Source: Ptychomitrium polyphyllum (taxonomy: Eukaryota). From it: 64,000 nt of DNA. The notes beneath the pieces were generated by a model. That model made no database searches. It had not been told where the DNA came from and saw nothing but the letters and a program-made list of their open reading frames with translations. The translations under genes were made by a program, and so were the position numbers. Below are positions 1 through 12,218 of the stretch, one piece after another. Each line of letters opens with the position of its first letter. Position 1 is the stretch's first letter. Where the stretch lies: positions 20,026,001-20,090,000 of the forward strand of contig OZ316775.1 in assembly GCA_973851085.1 (NCBI GenBank), given 5' to 3'.

Positions 1-59
1 GACACCGGTGCTTGCCAGCAGAGAGAGTTTCTAGTTGGTCCACACATCTTCCACACCTG

Positions 60-420
60 TGACATCCACCAATTGCACCCAGCTCTCCATCGTACTATCT
101 GCAAATTCTTTCCTTCACTGGCACTACCATACAGTGTATTCCGAATGCTATAGTAAGTCATGTAAGTTACACCCACTCAAAGAAATTGTATTAGAGACTA
201 GTCTCTTCAGTAACAAACTAAATTCATGGTCTATACTATTGTGGCAACTACAAGTTGCATGCAACCTTCGTGACTGTGATCACTATACCACCACAATTAA
301 TGTTTGCTCTAAACATTCCTCATTATGTGCATGGTTTTGAGAGTTTGACGTTGGATATGGTCTAGTTGGAAGCTCTTCTGCAATTGCTTTGTTTCCATAC
401 TAAATCAAGAGTTGATGTTC
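60..420 (-). pseudogene. Possible decayed LRR (NLR-type) fragment
   Basis: Minus-strand translation gives SIDHEFSLLLKRLVSNTISLSGCNLHDLL followed by stops. The LxLSGC pattern is typical of plant NLR LRRs, but the signal is weak. Confidence 0.25.
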
Positions 421-717
421 CATATGGAGCTTGCAATTGCCAGAAGACAATAGACAACAAATGAAAAGGGTCAAATTTTCAAATGCTTGTAGCACACAAA
501 CCACTTGTAGTTAGAAGTTCAACCCAAGCTCTTTAGAAACTTGTGAAGATTTGGAACCATTTAACATCATATCCTAATTGGAGACAATCCTAATCGTATA
601 TAATTTGCATCAAAAGAAAAAATAACTGATTGGAGACAATCCTAATCGTAGATAATTAAAAAAATCAAGAAAATCTGAAATAAACTATAATTTACTTTCT
701 CTATGAAAGTCTTGAAT

Positions 718-807
718 ATATTAGATACATCTAGATGTTTGATTAGAAAATATTAGATACATCTAGATCTTTGATTAGAAAATATTAGATACATCTAGAT
801 CTTTGAT
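718..807. repeat. 32-bp minisatellite, about 2.8 copies
   Basis: ATATTAGATACATCTAGAT(G/C)TTTGATTAGAAA repeated head-to-tail. Confidence 0.9.
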
Positions 808-2657
808 TTTGTATTTGGAACTTCGGACAGCATTTTCCAGAACTGAGGACAGAGTAAAATTATTGTATCTGACGTCCCCACATTCAGTGGGGTTGGTAAA
901 TTCAGCATGATTAGAGTTTTGGTTTGTAACGTCAATTTACTGCAGTGGTGAAATGTGCAGGTCCATTTCTGTGAGGAGCGGCAAGGTTGTCTTAATTAAT
1001 CTTTAGCCCTCGAAGTCTTCGTCACTGATGGCTTGGGTAAGGTTCCGAGGAACCAGCCCATGACATGTCACGAAGGTTGAACTTGCCGTCACTTTGTCAG
1101 CCTGCCGACAGTTGCAAGAAACAGATGCACAAGAAAGGCTGATCGCAGAATGATCGATGGTGCACCTTGCAGTCGAAACACAGCTCGTTGCCTGCTTTGT
1201 TCCACAAACCAATAGTTCCTTACTCAAAACGCGTCAAAGAATCAAGGCAACATTCAAGCATTTTCTTGAATCCAGGTTTTCAACTACTTAGGATAGTCAC
1301 AAGATACGATGACTCATAGTCGGATTTCAATAGTATAGTGCTTTCTACATTATGTCATGTTCAAGGATGTGGTAAATTTCCAACTGGTTTGTTTTAATTT
1401 AAAATTCAAGCTCCATTTTCGATGAGTACTTTACGTAAATAGGGCCTTCATTACCTTATATTTTAACATGACAAAATTTTAATCTAAATATTCTATAAAC
1501 TTAAAGTTTGTATAATACAAAGACATCCATGAAATGGTGCTACTGTACTTGTTTTATAATTTTTGCATCACTTTTGCGACTTGTTTTGGTATTTGTAATA
1601 TGGTTTTAAGAGCTTTGCACTTGAAAAGTCATATAAAGTCAAAAACTTATAAATACTTTGAACAATTCAGAAAGGTGCATAATATGCTGTAGAATTACTA
1701 GGGGAAAAGAAATCATTGAAATTTTTTGATATTTGTTAATACTGCATAGCTTACACGTCCAGCAAGGCCATGGGCAGCTCGGTCCTGAAAGGGTTAATAA
1801 ACTTACCAATTTCACACAAACCTGGTCAACAAAACTTTGCTTCAGTTTAATTGTTGCTGACTTTTCGTGACGAAAGACTTTTGCCGCACTCTCGTGCTGG
1901 TGGTACGTACAGGTCGTACTTATTGACATTTTGACAGTTTCTGAATACAGTTTACACTATTATACATTCAGGAATTGCCGAGACAGTGAGACTGTGGGGT
2001 ACGGGATGGTGAGGAAGTGCTACGGTAGTTTGGTTTTTCAAAGCACTAGTTGTAATACTTACTTTTCGCCATGCTTTGCAGCGAATCTTTGAATACACAT
2101 ATCGTGACTCCGTCCACTTCTCTCACTTCGAGTCCGTTCGCGTTTCATCTGCTGGTATAGAAGTAATGATAATCAAGCAAAGCTCACTTGGGAGTTGTCT
2201 GATAGTTGCCAGTTTGAAGTGATGTGAATAAAAGGCAACCTGGTTTTCACAGTCTGAGAGGATTAATCACGGAGAGAACGTGTGGAAAACAAGAAGAATC
2301 AAATCGAGGAAGATCTGAGGGGAAACTCATAGGTGCTTGATATGTTTCGAATTAGGAGCTGAACAAGGCAAGCTGGTTTCCCTATCCGATTATTGGGAAT
2401 AGAGGGAACAAGAAGAATCAGACGATCTGAAGCTCTTTGGCACGTGGAAGCTCTGGGTTTTCAAATAAAGCAGTCTTAAGCTTCCCTCATCATAGCATTC
2501 GTACGCAGACCGCTTTCTTAGTTATATAGTAAGGTTTCTTTATGTATCATCCGTACAAATAAATCCAACTATGGAATAGTTATCATTCCAGTAGTGGATT
2601 CATTTTGAAGCTGTTCATTAGAGGGGTCTCAAGACAAGGTTATGGTCTTCGCACAAG

Positions 2658-4757
2658 ATGGGAATATCGCGAGCAAATTCTATGCATTGGCAGCTACAAC
2701 TTGTCCTGTCAGCACTCTTTCTATCTATTAGAAGTGCAACTCAACCCATCAGCTTTCCAAAATTCTCTGCCAATGATCAGACTATGTTGCCTTTAGGAGA
2801 TGCTCAATACAATCCTGACGATCATTCCTTTGTGTTGAACTCTAAGTCACCTGCCTCGCAAAATGGAACTTGTGGAATCTTGATGTATAATGGGACAACG
2901 GACCTGACGATTCAAGATTCTGTTGCTGGTAAAGTTGGTTCTTTCCACACTTCTTTTACGTTCAAAATAACAACTCCGCCACAACAGGCAATTTGGTACG
3001 TCAATGATACTACTGTTAATCACATGGAAAGCAGATTAGCCCTTGTGATAATGAGGAGTATCCTTCATCAAACGAAACAATTCTCGTTGGATACTTTGAA
3101 TCGCACATTTTCACAGGGAAATTGTGTATACTATCAGGGAGATGCTACTTACTTTGCTGTAGTATTTCAAACTGTAGACTATAATTCCAACAGGGGCGAA
3201 CCAAGCAATAACTTTATTGGGGTAAAAGATGGAATGAATTATCAAGTCTACAAGGAGGGATTTACATACAATCTATGCGGCAACAAGACTTCTTGCTCGT
3301 ATCTTTCTAATGGAGGAAGTTTGACAGCTTGGATTGATTTCACTGAAGAACGCACGCTTCAGATATGGCTCATGAATGACTCGCTCCCTCGCAATCGACT
3401 TGATACTCATTTTCGCCCTCCGGGAGGACCTTTGCTTCAGATACCCAATTTTAAACTACCAAGTGATATTGGAGACAAAATAACAGTACTTTTTAATGGT
3501 AGATCTGCTATAAATGCTGTACAAATTCAGGAAATCTCATCATGGAGCTTCTTAATAGGTAGTGATGTATCAAAGAGTATCCCATCCAAAAGAAACACGT
3601 TTGGACTAATTTTTGGAATAATCGGAATGCTCGTAGCCATTTTTATTCTTAGTTTAATTATAAGACAACTTATGAGGCGCCGTAATATAAAATCAAGTGA
3701 TCTCAAAAGACCATGTATATTCTCGTACAAAGATCTGAAAAAAGCAACCAAGAACTTCAATGAAAAGCTTGGAAGTGGCGGATATGGAACTGTCTACAAG
3801 GGTTATTTGGAGGGACATGATAATCCTTTAGTTGCTGTTAAACGTATAAATTATGAATCTAAAAATGCAGAGAAAACCTTTTTTACTGAAGTTTCTTACC
3901 TTAGTCAAATTTGTCATAGGAATGTCGTTCAATTGCATGGTTGGTGCCAAGAAAAAGGTCAATTACTGTTGGTTTATGACTACATGCCCAATGGAGGATT
4001 GAATGAATGGCTTTATGAAAATAGTAGCAATCATGGGCGTAAAGAAGTACTTTTATTAAAGCAACGATATTCTATTCTTGTAGGAGTTGCTATTGCTCTG
4101 GAATACTTACACAAGGGTTGTCACCAATGTATTTTGCATCGAGATATCAAGTCTAGCAATGTGATGCTTGATGCAAATTTTGAAGCCCACCTTGGAGATT
4201 TCGGGCTTGCTCGCTCAATGGATCACCACAAGCTAGACAAAACCACCTTGGCAGCAGGTACAATTGGCTACATGGCTCCAGAAATGCCATATACTGGAAA
4301 AGCAACAAAAGAATCTGATGTTTATAGCTTTGGCATCTTAGTCCTTGAAGTTATATGTGGAAGACGGCCATTGGATCTGAAAACAGTAGAACCTGAGGAT
4401 ATTATATTATTGCATTATGTTTGGCGAGCTCATGAAGCCAGGGCAATACTTAGTGTGGTAGATCCAAGACTGCCCCAAATTCATCAACATTCAAGTTTGG
4501 TTCCAAGTGAAGGTGAATATAATATACCAATTCAAACGATGATGGTTGAGAATCTTCTACATTTGGGACTTTTGTGTTGCCTTCCAAATCCGAAAGCCCG
4601 TCCTACAATGGAACAAGTGATTCAAATTTTACAACAGATTGGCAACGTTGACAATGCTGATTGTAATATCACCAATGCATATATGCCGCCCCTGCCGGAT
4701 ACCAAGCCACCAGGACTATATTATTCACTGGAATTCTCACAAACAGAAGATTTATAA
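2658..4757 (+). CDS. L-type (legume) lectin receptor-like kinase, intronless, 699 aa
   Basis: Signal peptide; lectin-like ectodomain (ISFPKFS, LLGDAQY-like, GSFHTSFTFKI, FAVVFQT, AWIDF, ISSWSF); TM helix FGLIFGIIGMLVAIFILSLII; RD kinase with LGSGGYGTVYKG, VAVK, HRDIKSSN, DFG, GYMAPE, DVYSFG. Confidence 0.93.
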   Translation: MGISRANSMHWQLQLVLSALFLSIRSATQPISFPKFSANDQTMLPLGDAQYNPDDHSFVLNSKSPASQNGTCGILMYNGTTDLTIQDSVAGKVGSFHTSFTFKITTPPQQAIWYVNDTTVNHMESRLALVIMRSILHQTKQFSLDTLNRTFSQGNCVYYQGDATYFAVVFQTVDYNSNRGEPSNNFIGVKDGMNYQVYKEGFTYNLCGNKTSCSYLSNGGSLTAWIDFTEERTLQIWLMNDSLPRNRLDTHFRPPGGPLLQIPNFKLPSDIGDKITVLFNGRSAINAVQIQEISSWSFLIGSDVSKSIPSKRNTFGLIFGIIGMLVAIFILSLIIRQLMRRRNIKSSDLKRPCIFSYKDLKKATKNFNEKLGSGGYGTVYKGYLEGHDNPLVAVKRINYESKNAEKTFFTEVSYLSQICHRNVVQLHGWCQEKGQLLLVYDYMPNGGLNEWLYENSSNHGRKEVLLLKQRYSILVGVAIALEYLHKGCHQCILHRDIKSSNVMLDANFEAHLGDFGLARSMDHHKLDKTTLAAGTIGYMAPEMPYTGKATKESDVYSFGILVLEVICGRRPLDLKTVEPEDIILLHYVWRAHEARAILSVVDPRLPQIHQHSSLVPSEGEYNIPIQTMMVENLLHLGLLCCLPNPKARPTMEQVIQILQQIGNVDNADCNITNAYMPPLPDTKPPGLYYSLEFSQTEDL

Positions 4758-5249
4758 TGTCAGCAACCAATATCTGCTCATCGATTCTCCATCAGTTGGA
4801 AACATGTATCTTTTACTTCAGTGTTGGAAATTTAATCTTACAGCAGTTCATAGAGCCTCAGAAGTCACCAGAGTCTATACACAAGCCAAGACTACAAGTA
4901 GCATGAGGAATTGTTTTACGTTGATTGATCGGTTGCCGATGCAACTGCGCCAAGAAGCACACTAGGGTATCTGATATCAATCCGTAAAGGAGCAAGAATG
5001 GAGTAGGTACCAGGGAGTTTGCCACCACAAAGCTGCCTCTCCGAAGTGGCTATTCAACTGCTCATGATGATAGGTCTTCAAAAGTCATAGGAGTACAAGC
5101 TCTAAGCACACCTTGCATCTAAAATTAATCTTGAGCGGGATCTTGCTATAGACCTACAGCAGTTTTTCTAGGTTCCTGGCATACGTGCTCAGAGAGCAGC
5201 CGAATGAACATTCCATTCACTGCACAGGAGAAGGTTTTATGAGGGATAG

Positions 5250-5830
5250 CCAACTCCAAAATTGTTCCAATGTTTCAAAACTTTGTAAATATCAAACAAT
5301 CAAGTTACAGTTTGCGTGCACCAAGAAGAGGTATAATAGTACAGATTCCTATTTTAAGATGTGTTGTTCAAATCATTGTAGGTCACATCTGATGACAAAA
5401 ACTGAAATCTCTTCTTGGGACACGTCTATTTCTGAAGGGAATTGAGATGCCAGAACTTGGAAAAGCAGATGATATGAAACTGATCTTGTACCACACTGCA
5501 CCTGAAAAGCAGTAGAAAACGAGGAGGCTCAGTATGATATATTGAAGTGCATTAGAAGGTGTTAATTTCCTGAGGGTGGTGGACAAGCTTTCCATTATCA
5601 TTGATTGGCTTAAGTTTGCAACTTGGATGTCTTGATGTCAATCCTTCGGAATCGGTGACGAACCTGCCTAAGGTCAAGAATTTCAGTTTTTTTGGACAAA
5701 ATCCTGTCTTCGATGTTCCCAGAAGCATTTTCGACTTACTTACTACAACAAATGGAACAGATTTGTTCTTAGGTTTGATAATTAATTCACTAAAACTGGA
5801 GTAGATTAGCAGACTGGCTATCCTTTGCAC
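5250..5830 (-). pseudogene. Possible decayed LRR fragment
   Basis: Broken minus-strand frames contain LRR-like phrases (KKLKFLTLGRF, LSTTLRKLT, LQSFETLEQF). No intact ORF. Confidence 0.25.
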
Positions 5831-6896
5831 ACAAGTATTTGGTGATGACTACATTGAGCATGATTGTTCGTTTTACTTGTCGCACAGCATGCTTTTAGAA
5901 TGGTGGTTGTGGTATGGGGCTGTCAAGAGGTGTTCTAAATCACTTGTTCGCCTACGACCCTCTTTGTGGTGGTGTTGGGACGGTTTTTGGGATTGCAGTT
6001 GCATTGGTTGAAGTGACCAGACTTTCTACAGGATAATTAGCACTCACGAAGTTTGTAGCACTAGAAGTGGAAGAAACATTTAATGACAGGCCACATACTT
6101 GACGAACCAAAAAGTGAGCGTATGTCTACAAAGGTGGTCCGTGCGAGTCGGAAGTGCTATAAACAGCGGAGGTGAATTGAGTACCTTAGCCCTGGTGCTA
6201 ACACTACAGAACAGACGTAATAAAACAGAAGTGGTCTTACGCTTCAGTCAAGCTCCTACAGAACTAATCGTCCTGCAAGCTGTGATTATTATTGTTTGTT
6301 TCATTGGCATGAAAACCAAGAAACTAAATCACGACTCAAAACTGGAACCATCGATGTACCCAGGAGTTCAGCTTCTTGAGGGCTGGAGGGAGCAACCCAG
6401 GAGATCATGGCCACCCATGTTAGCATCATCTTAGTTTGATAATCGGCTATTATAGAAAGAGACATTCTAGTTATGATTTATCACATTAATATAAAAACAA
6501 CGTATTTGGTTGTTGAAAATAAAAAAGAATTTTTTTTTACTATTTTCTTGAAATTGCTAAGTATGAATTTACATTAGACAAAGTATCATTCTAATTTAGT
6601 AAAAAGAGTGCGTTTCACATAACATGTTTACATACACTAAAAAGAATTCTATTGAAAAACCTACATATAAACTATACATAGTTTCCACTCATTAATCTTC
6701 TTTTAAATACCACACACATACATACGTGTATGTATATATGTACGTATATATGAAGTAGGGTTTTGAAGTTATTGAACAAATTAAAACATTAAGCATAAAA
6801 CTAATTAGATTGATTGACAATTCAATAAATGATCTCAAAATGTATGTGCTCTGCCGACTCGACAATGTCCATGCAAATGCAAATCTGAAACTGAAA

Positions 6897-6959
6897 AGGG
6901 TGAATTTACATGACGCCTACTGTGCAAGGGTGAATTTACATGACGCCTACTGTGCAAGG
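6897..6959. repeat. 30-bp tandem duplication
   Basis: AGGGTGAATTTACATGACGCCTACTGTGCA occurs twice in tandem. Confidence 0.9.
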
Positions 6960-7934
6960 TTACAGTTGATTCAAGTAGCAAGTCTAGTACAGTATTCATG
7001 CACGTGAGTGCAAGAGATAGGATAGAGCTGGACATTGCTGTTGGAGCGTGCACCATGATGAACATGATTCATGATAACTGCAGTACTTCACAAGTTCACT
7101 CCTGCAATTCCCCTCCCGGATCTAGTGTCATTCTGTTTTACATTTGCATCTCTCTTCCAATGACAGCCCTGATTCTCTGGTCACAGGTGAAGTCCCCAGT
7201 GCGCACTGTGGGGCCAGCAATGGCGGCCAAGCAGTAGAAGAGCATCTAGCTGTACGTGGAGGTGCCTGTGCTAGGCAGGCTCTCCTGGAGTCCCAGTTTG
7301 CAGCTTCCGTCGCATAAACTTCCGGAATTTTGAATAGGTGCTGCTCCATACGAATCATCTTTTACACACAGTACATGAATACATTAATGGTGCCACTGGG
7401 AGTACAGTTCCAATCGTCTAATGTTCATCGTCTACATTTCAAGATTTTGCAGCCTTTCAATATGAAGGGATTCCAAGTTTGTTGTTTACAACTGATGTTC
7501 AACCGGCGATGTTTTGGATAATGTCATAGTGTTCAGAACAATTTCAAGAGAGTCTGGAACTTACACAGTAGAATCTTCGGTCCATAATGATTCTTCATCT
7601 TTGAGTCAGGACTAAATTAAATAAGCATTAAGAGTTGATTGAGTGGGTTAACGAAGACAACAGATGAACCCACTGAATCCACGATAGATGTGAAATGACT
7701 CTACACAACTGAATGCTTCAACATGGCATTCCAAAGAGAACTCATCAGGAGTTCTATATTTATATACAACATGTTCAAGGGCACGACATCCGATACGACA
7801 CAGTTACAAAAAAATCTCACGCTCTTCACTCGCTGCAATTTCATCCTTGTAGAGAAATCGCAGAAAAATGAGTATGTAACAAAGATACACTACAAGGTTG
7901 GCGCCGCAGAAACCCGAAGAATTATGCTCATCTC

Positions 7935-10900
7935 CTAAATTGTGATACTATTGGGGATACCCATGGCCGTCACACCAGGTTTCGATGATGGTCGGAGCAG
8001 ATTATAAGGCAACTGAGCAGCACCCAGTCTGTTCTTCAGGTTCTTGTCCGCATTCCGGCTTCTGATAATTTCGTCAATGTCAGACAATTTATTCGAGAAG
8101 CGCTCGAATGCAACAATGACCTGCAAATTAAAACACACATTCGATTTGTTGAATAATCAAAAGTGGGATACCCATCCACGTTATCATCAGTAACATCAAC
8201 TGTCTACATATCTCAAACATACCTACATAAGGTCCAGGATTCAACAAATGCAGCTCCAAATAAAACTCTCCGATACAGATTCTTTTCTTAGAAAATCTGG
8301 AAGAAAAGGAGAATCTGTCTTGTCATATAGGATTGATGACACAACTCACCTCTTCATCCTCTGCCCAATTAGCGGCACGGTCGCCGATGTATACCTCATT
8401 GGCTGCATGGGAGGACAAAACTTCATACACGGACATCGTCGTGGTGGTAGAATTCACGTCTGAAATAGTCGACAAGTAAAATTTCTCTGGGTTACGTTGA
8501 AGTTCCTTCCATTCCTCGGTGCCCTCGTCTGGAATAAGACGGCGCGTCATGGTGGGATGGTGAGGCATGAACCCAGCGTAAGCATACTGGCCGAAGTTAA
8601 TAGCCGCATGCTGACACGATGGGACCCACTGCATTGTCGTTAGAATCTCGACAAGACTTTCTTTTGAGTTCATATCAGGCCAAGGTGCATCCTTTTTGTC
8701 AGCATGCCCCAGATTGCGGTACTCAGACCACCAGTTCTGAAGCTCGACGTCGTTTTGAACCGCAGCATCATCCTTGTAATAGATGTCTACATACTCAGCG
8801 TTCCATTCTTTGATAGCGCCCCAGAGCTCAAGCCCATCTGCTGCATACGGGTAGTCTTTCACGACAAGCTTGACGCCATGCTTACCACTCGGGTCTAGCA
8901 CAGCCATGCCCCTGCCAGAACAGAGCAGCATCAGAAACAGTTCACATAAAAGGAGCAATCAGAAACTGTTCCAACCGAAGACGCGGCTTGAAGTTAGGGT
9001 TCACCTGATCACAAGATCTTTCGGCAATGCTTGTGACTCGAAGGTCCAACTGTCCCTGTAATTGGCAGCAGCCATGCGCATGGAGTATGCTTTCGGGGTA
9101 AATGTGCTCTCAATCACACCCCCTGCTGGAATCAGACGCGCTCGAGCTCCACGGTTGATTTCTAACGTGCTCTTGAAATGAGGTGCCATCAAATGATAGA
9201 TTGGGTGCAGCTTGCTGAGCTGACGATTCGTAGCAACAATGAGTGCCTCCGTCACTGCATGGCACTTCGAGCTGCACATGAGCAAAACGTTTCGATTCTT
9301 GTCAATAGAAACTTACACAGTAATGAAAGAAGCTGGACTCTTTTATCCGAGCAGAGAAATAAATGCCGATGAGAGAAGAGAAGTGATTGCGCCTTGCAAT
9401 AAGACATGGTTGGAACTCACAAGTGACTAAAAACTTGGTGAGCAACGATGTCGTTGTTCGCAACGTGAGCCCTGGCGATTTGCCACAGATAGTCCGGCTT
9501 CGAGGAGTCTTGAGGGGGTGTAAACACCTTAGATTTCTTCGCTCCGCCGAACTCCCTGGGCGGTAGAACCAACTCCAGCGCAAGCACCTTCAAGGTTTCG
9601 TCGCTAGACAAAAAGAACAGCGCTCGGGTGGCGTAAGTTCTAGCATCCTTCTGTGCGTTGATTCTCTCCACGAATGGAAGGTAAGCATCATGGTAGTCAG
9701 CCACGAACAGTTTCTTCTTCTCCAAAGCCTGCACAAGCGAGTGATAAGCATCTGAAATAAGTATCTACACTCGGGTGTACATCAACGACATGAATCTGAA
9801 AACCCCCTTTGCCATCATCACAGCTTAAAACAAGATCGTAGAGTTGCGGAGAAGCTACTCTTACCTCATCGATGCTAAGACCTTCCAAGGCACCTTCAAT
9901 GTGATGCGATTTGATTGCAGAGGTGGGGTCGCCATACACATTAGAGTCGAGAGCACTTTTGATAGGGAATTCCTGAAGATCACAACCGCATTGAACTGTC
10001 ACGATTCCGTAATTTGAAAAAAGCTTCTTAGGGTGCGCTCTTATTGAAAAACCAACCAAGCTCCTGGTGATCACTCCAAGCTGATGATTGAGTTGGAATA
10101 GCGAACACTCTTTAACAATTTCAAAGCAGTGAGAAAAAAACCCAGGTCATTACCTTGACACACGAGATCATTACAGGGTTAAGTCCTGCCAGAAACTCGC
10201 GCGCAAATTGCTCATTGGTTTGCCACGCATTATCATCATCTGTATGGGAAAACACAAACCAAAGAAGGAAAACGAATCATCCAAAGCTCACCTCCAACAA
10301 CCCAGAACTGGGGAAGCGTTGTAATTAAAAATCCTAAACTTGAAATTGTACTCTAAAAACAACCGTAAAATTCAAACCGCAGAAAGACTTCAGAGTGGTA
10401 CACAAATGTGCACAAAGTCGCCTTAGCAGGTAAACATACTGTGAAGAATCATAGGAAGCGGGTACTGAAGAGGCGTGTTCCGCTCGCCGTCCGGATTGAT
10501 CAACTCCTGCAAGAAGACCAATGGCTGCTGCTCGTATTTGGGGACATCGTTCATCTCGGGCAACACATGGTTCAACCCTCCGAGGTCCTTACCCTTTGGG
10601 GCATACAAGCGCCTGATGTCGGTTATGCTCTCGAAGTTTTTCTTCTTCGTGATGAGAGCACTCACTTTCGATGTGAGAGCGTGGCCTTTGGACCGCATCC
10701 CGTCAGCTTTGAAGTCGGACATCTTGGTGCGCTCGAAGCACTCATCACGAGGAATGTAGAACGTACTAACCCCTTTCCGGCTCTCATACTCGGGGTCTGC
10801 ACAATTCAATTTGCTCCGCAATTAGTTCCCATTTTCATAACCTTATGAGCCACCAATTCTGCATCTCAATTACAAAAGAGACTCACTGGATTTCGAAGGG

Positions 10901-12218
10901 GCTCGTCCTGTGCGGCATCTTCGAGGATAGGGGTACTCTGCATTGCCACCCAAGTTGGGCCGCTCGAGAGCCGAGTCCTCGTCAGGCTTTCCCAAATCAT
11001 TGTAGACCTCATAGTCATAAATGCGGTCCCTATCCTTCCGTTCGCCAGTTCCATCGCCTCGCAAGTTCTTAAGCTCCTTCGCGCGAAGCTCCTTCAGAGC
11101 CTCAGGGGTGTCGCTAGGCAAGTATGCCTAAGAGCAATGTGACACAAAGGAGATTAGATATAAAGACTAAGAGTGCACAACAAAAGAAAGCCGATGATCA
11201 TTACAGGCAGCGGTAAATTCTGGAATTGGGAGACATGTACCTTGTTGAGGAAGAAAATGCGACCCTCTGTGCCGGCGGTATTGTATACCCACGAGTTGGT
11301 CTGGTAATGCGTCTCACCTTCCCCGGGAACGTCGAGAGAAAATGAAACCAGCAGGAACTCGTTTGGGTGCTGATTCTTCACGACAATGGCTCCTGGCACT
11401 CCGAAACCCTTCGGCACGACGAATTCCATTGGGAATGCAAGGTCCTGAGAAGCCAATGTGTCGAAAGCGGCAACCCATCGTTCAATAGCCGTGTCCTTGC
11501 TCATCAAAGCTTTCCCTATTTCTACCAATCCAACGTCATCCAAAACACAAATTCAGTCCAGAATGAAACCAAGCTTGTACATCAACTCTACAACAAGCAT
11601 CAAAAACCATAATTTCGACTTCGCGTCTTTCAGCATTCACACACTGCATGTCATGTCTAAACATATATTACTCAAACTTCACATTCAAATCAAACTGGTT
11701 CAGCCAACTGGGCAATCATTCGAACATTATGCTATCAAATCATCCGACATGGCAAAAATTGTCAATAACATGCCATCCAAAAAGAGCTACATTGCAATGA
11801 AATGAACAGCCATGGACGACATACTTGGGTCGGTGTCGTTGCTGACGAGCGTCACCGTAACTCTGTTCCCCATGAGCTCGCTCGCATCATCCTGCAGATC
11901 CGCACCCCGGTCCATCAAGTCCAGAATCAGGAGCTTCTTCATGATCGTGATCGTCCCCTTGTACACCATCATGTCCCCACTGACCGCCTCCTTCGCCCGG
12001 TCGCCATTGAAGAGACTCCCCACCCTCCCAAACAGTCCCGTGCTTGCACTCGACCGCCCCGTACCTTCGCTAGCGTTCGCCCGCACTTGTACCGACTCCT
12101 TCCTCCCCACAGCAGAATTCTTCGTCACCGCCTTCATCCCCATCAGTCCATTCCGCCCCTCGCCCTGCAACCCCGACGCCGCCGAGGTAAGGCTCAATCC
12201 CGCGTTCGTGAGCAACAT
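7935..12218 (-). CDS. LOX: Lipoxygenase, probably plastid-targeted 13-LOX type, 10 exons, about 929 aa
   Basis: Exons 12218-11825, 11521-11241, 11127-10887, 10796-10440, 10239-10154, 9972-9865, 9728-9421, 9271-9005, 8911-8350 and 8120-7935 have GT-AG boundaries and total 2790 nt in frame. PLAT domain, [28 protein letters not shown]....[12 protein letters not shown]-terminal IPNSITI. Ser/Ala-rich N-terminal extension. Confidence 0.95.

Noticed and set aside
718..807. 32-bp repeats as a CRISPR array
   Set aside because: No spacers, eukaryotic context and no cas genes.
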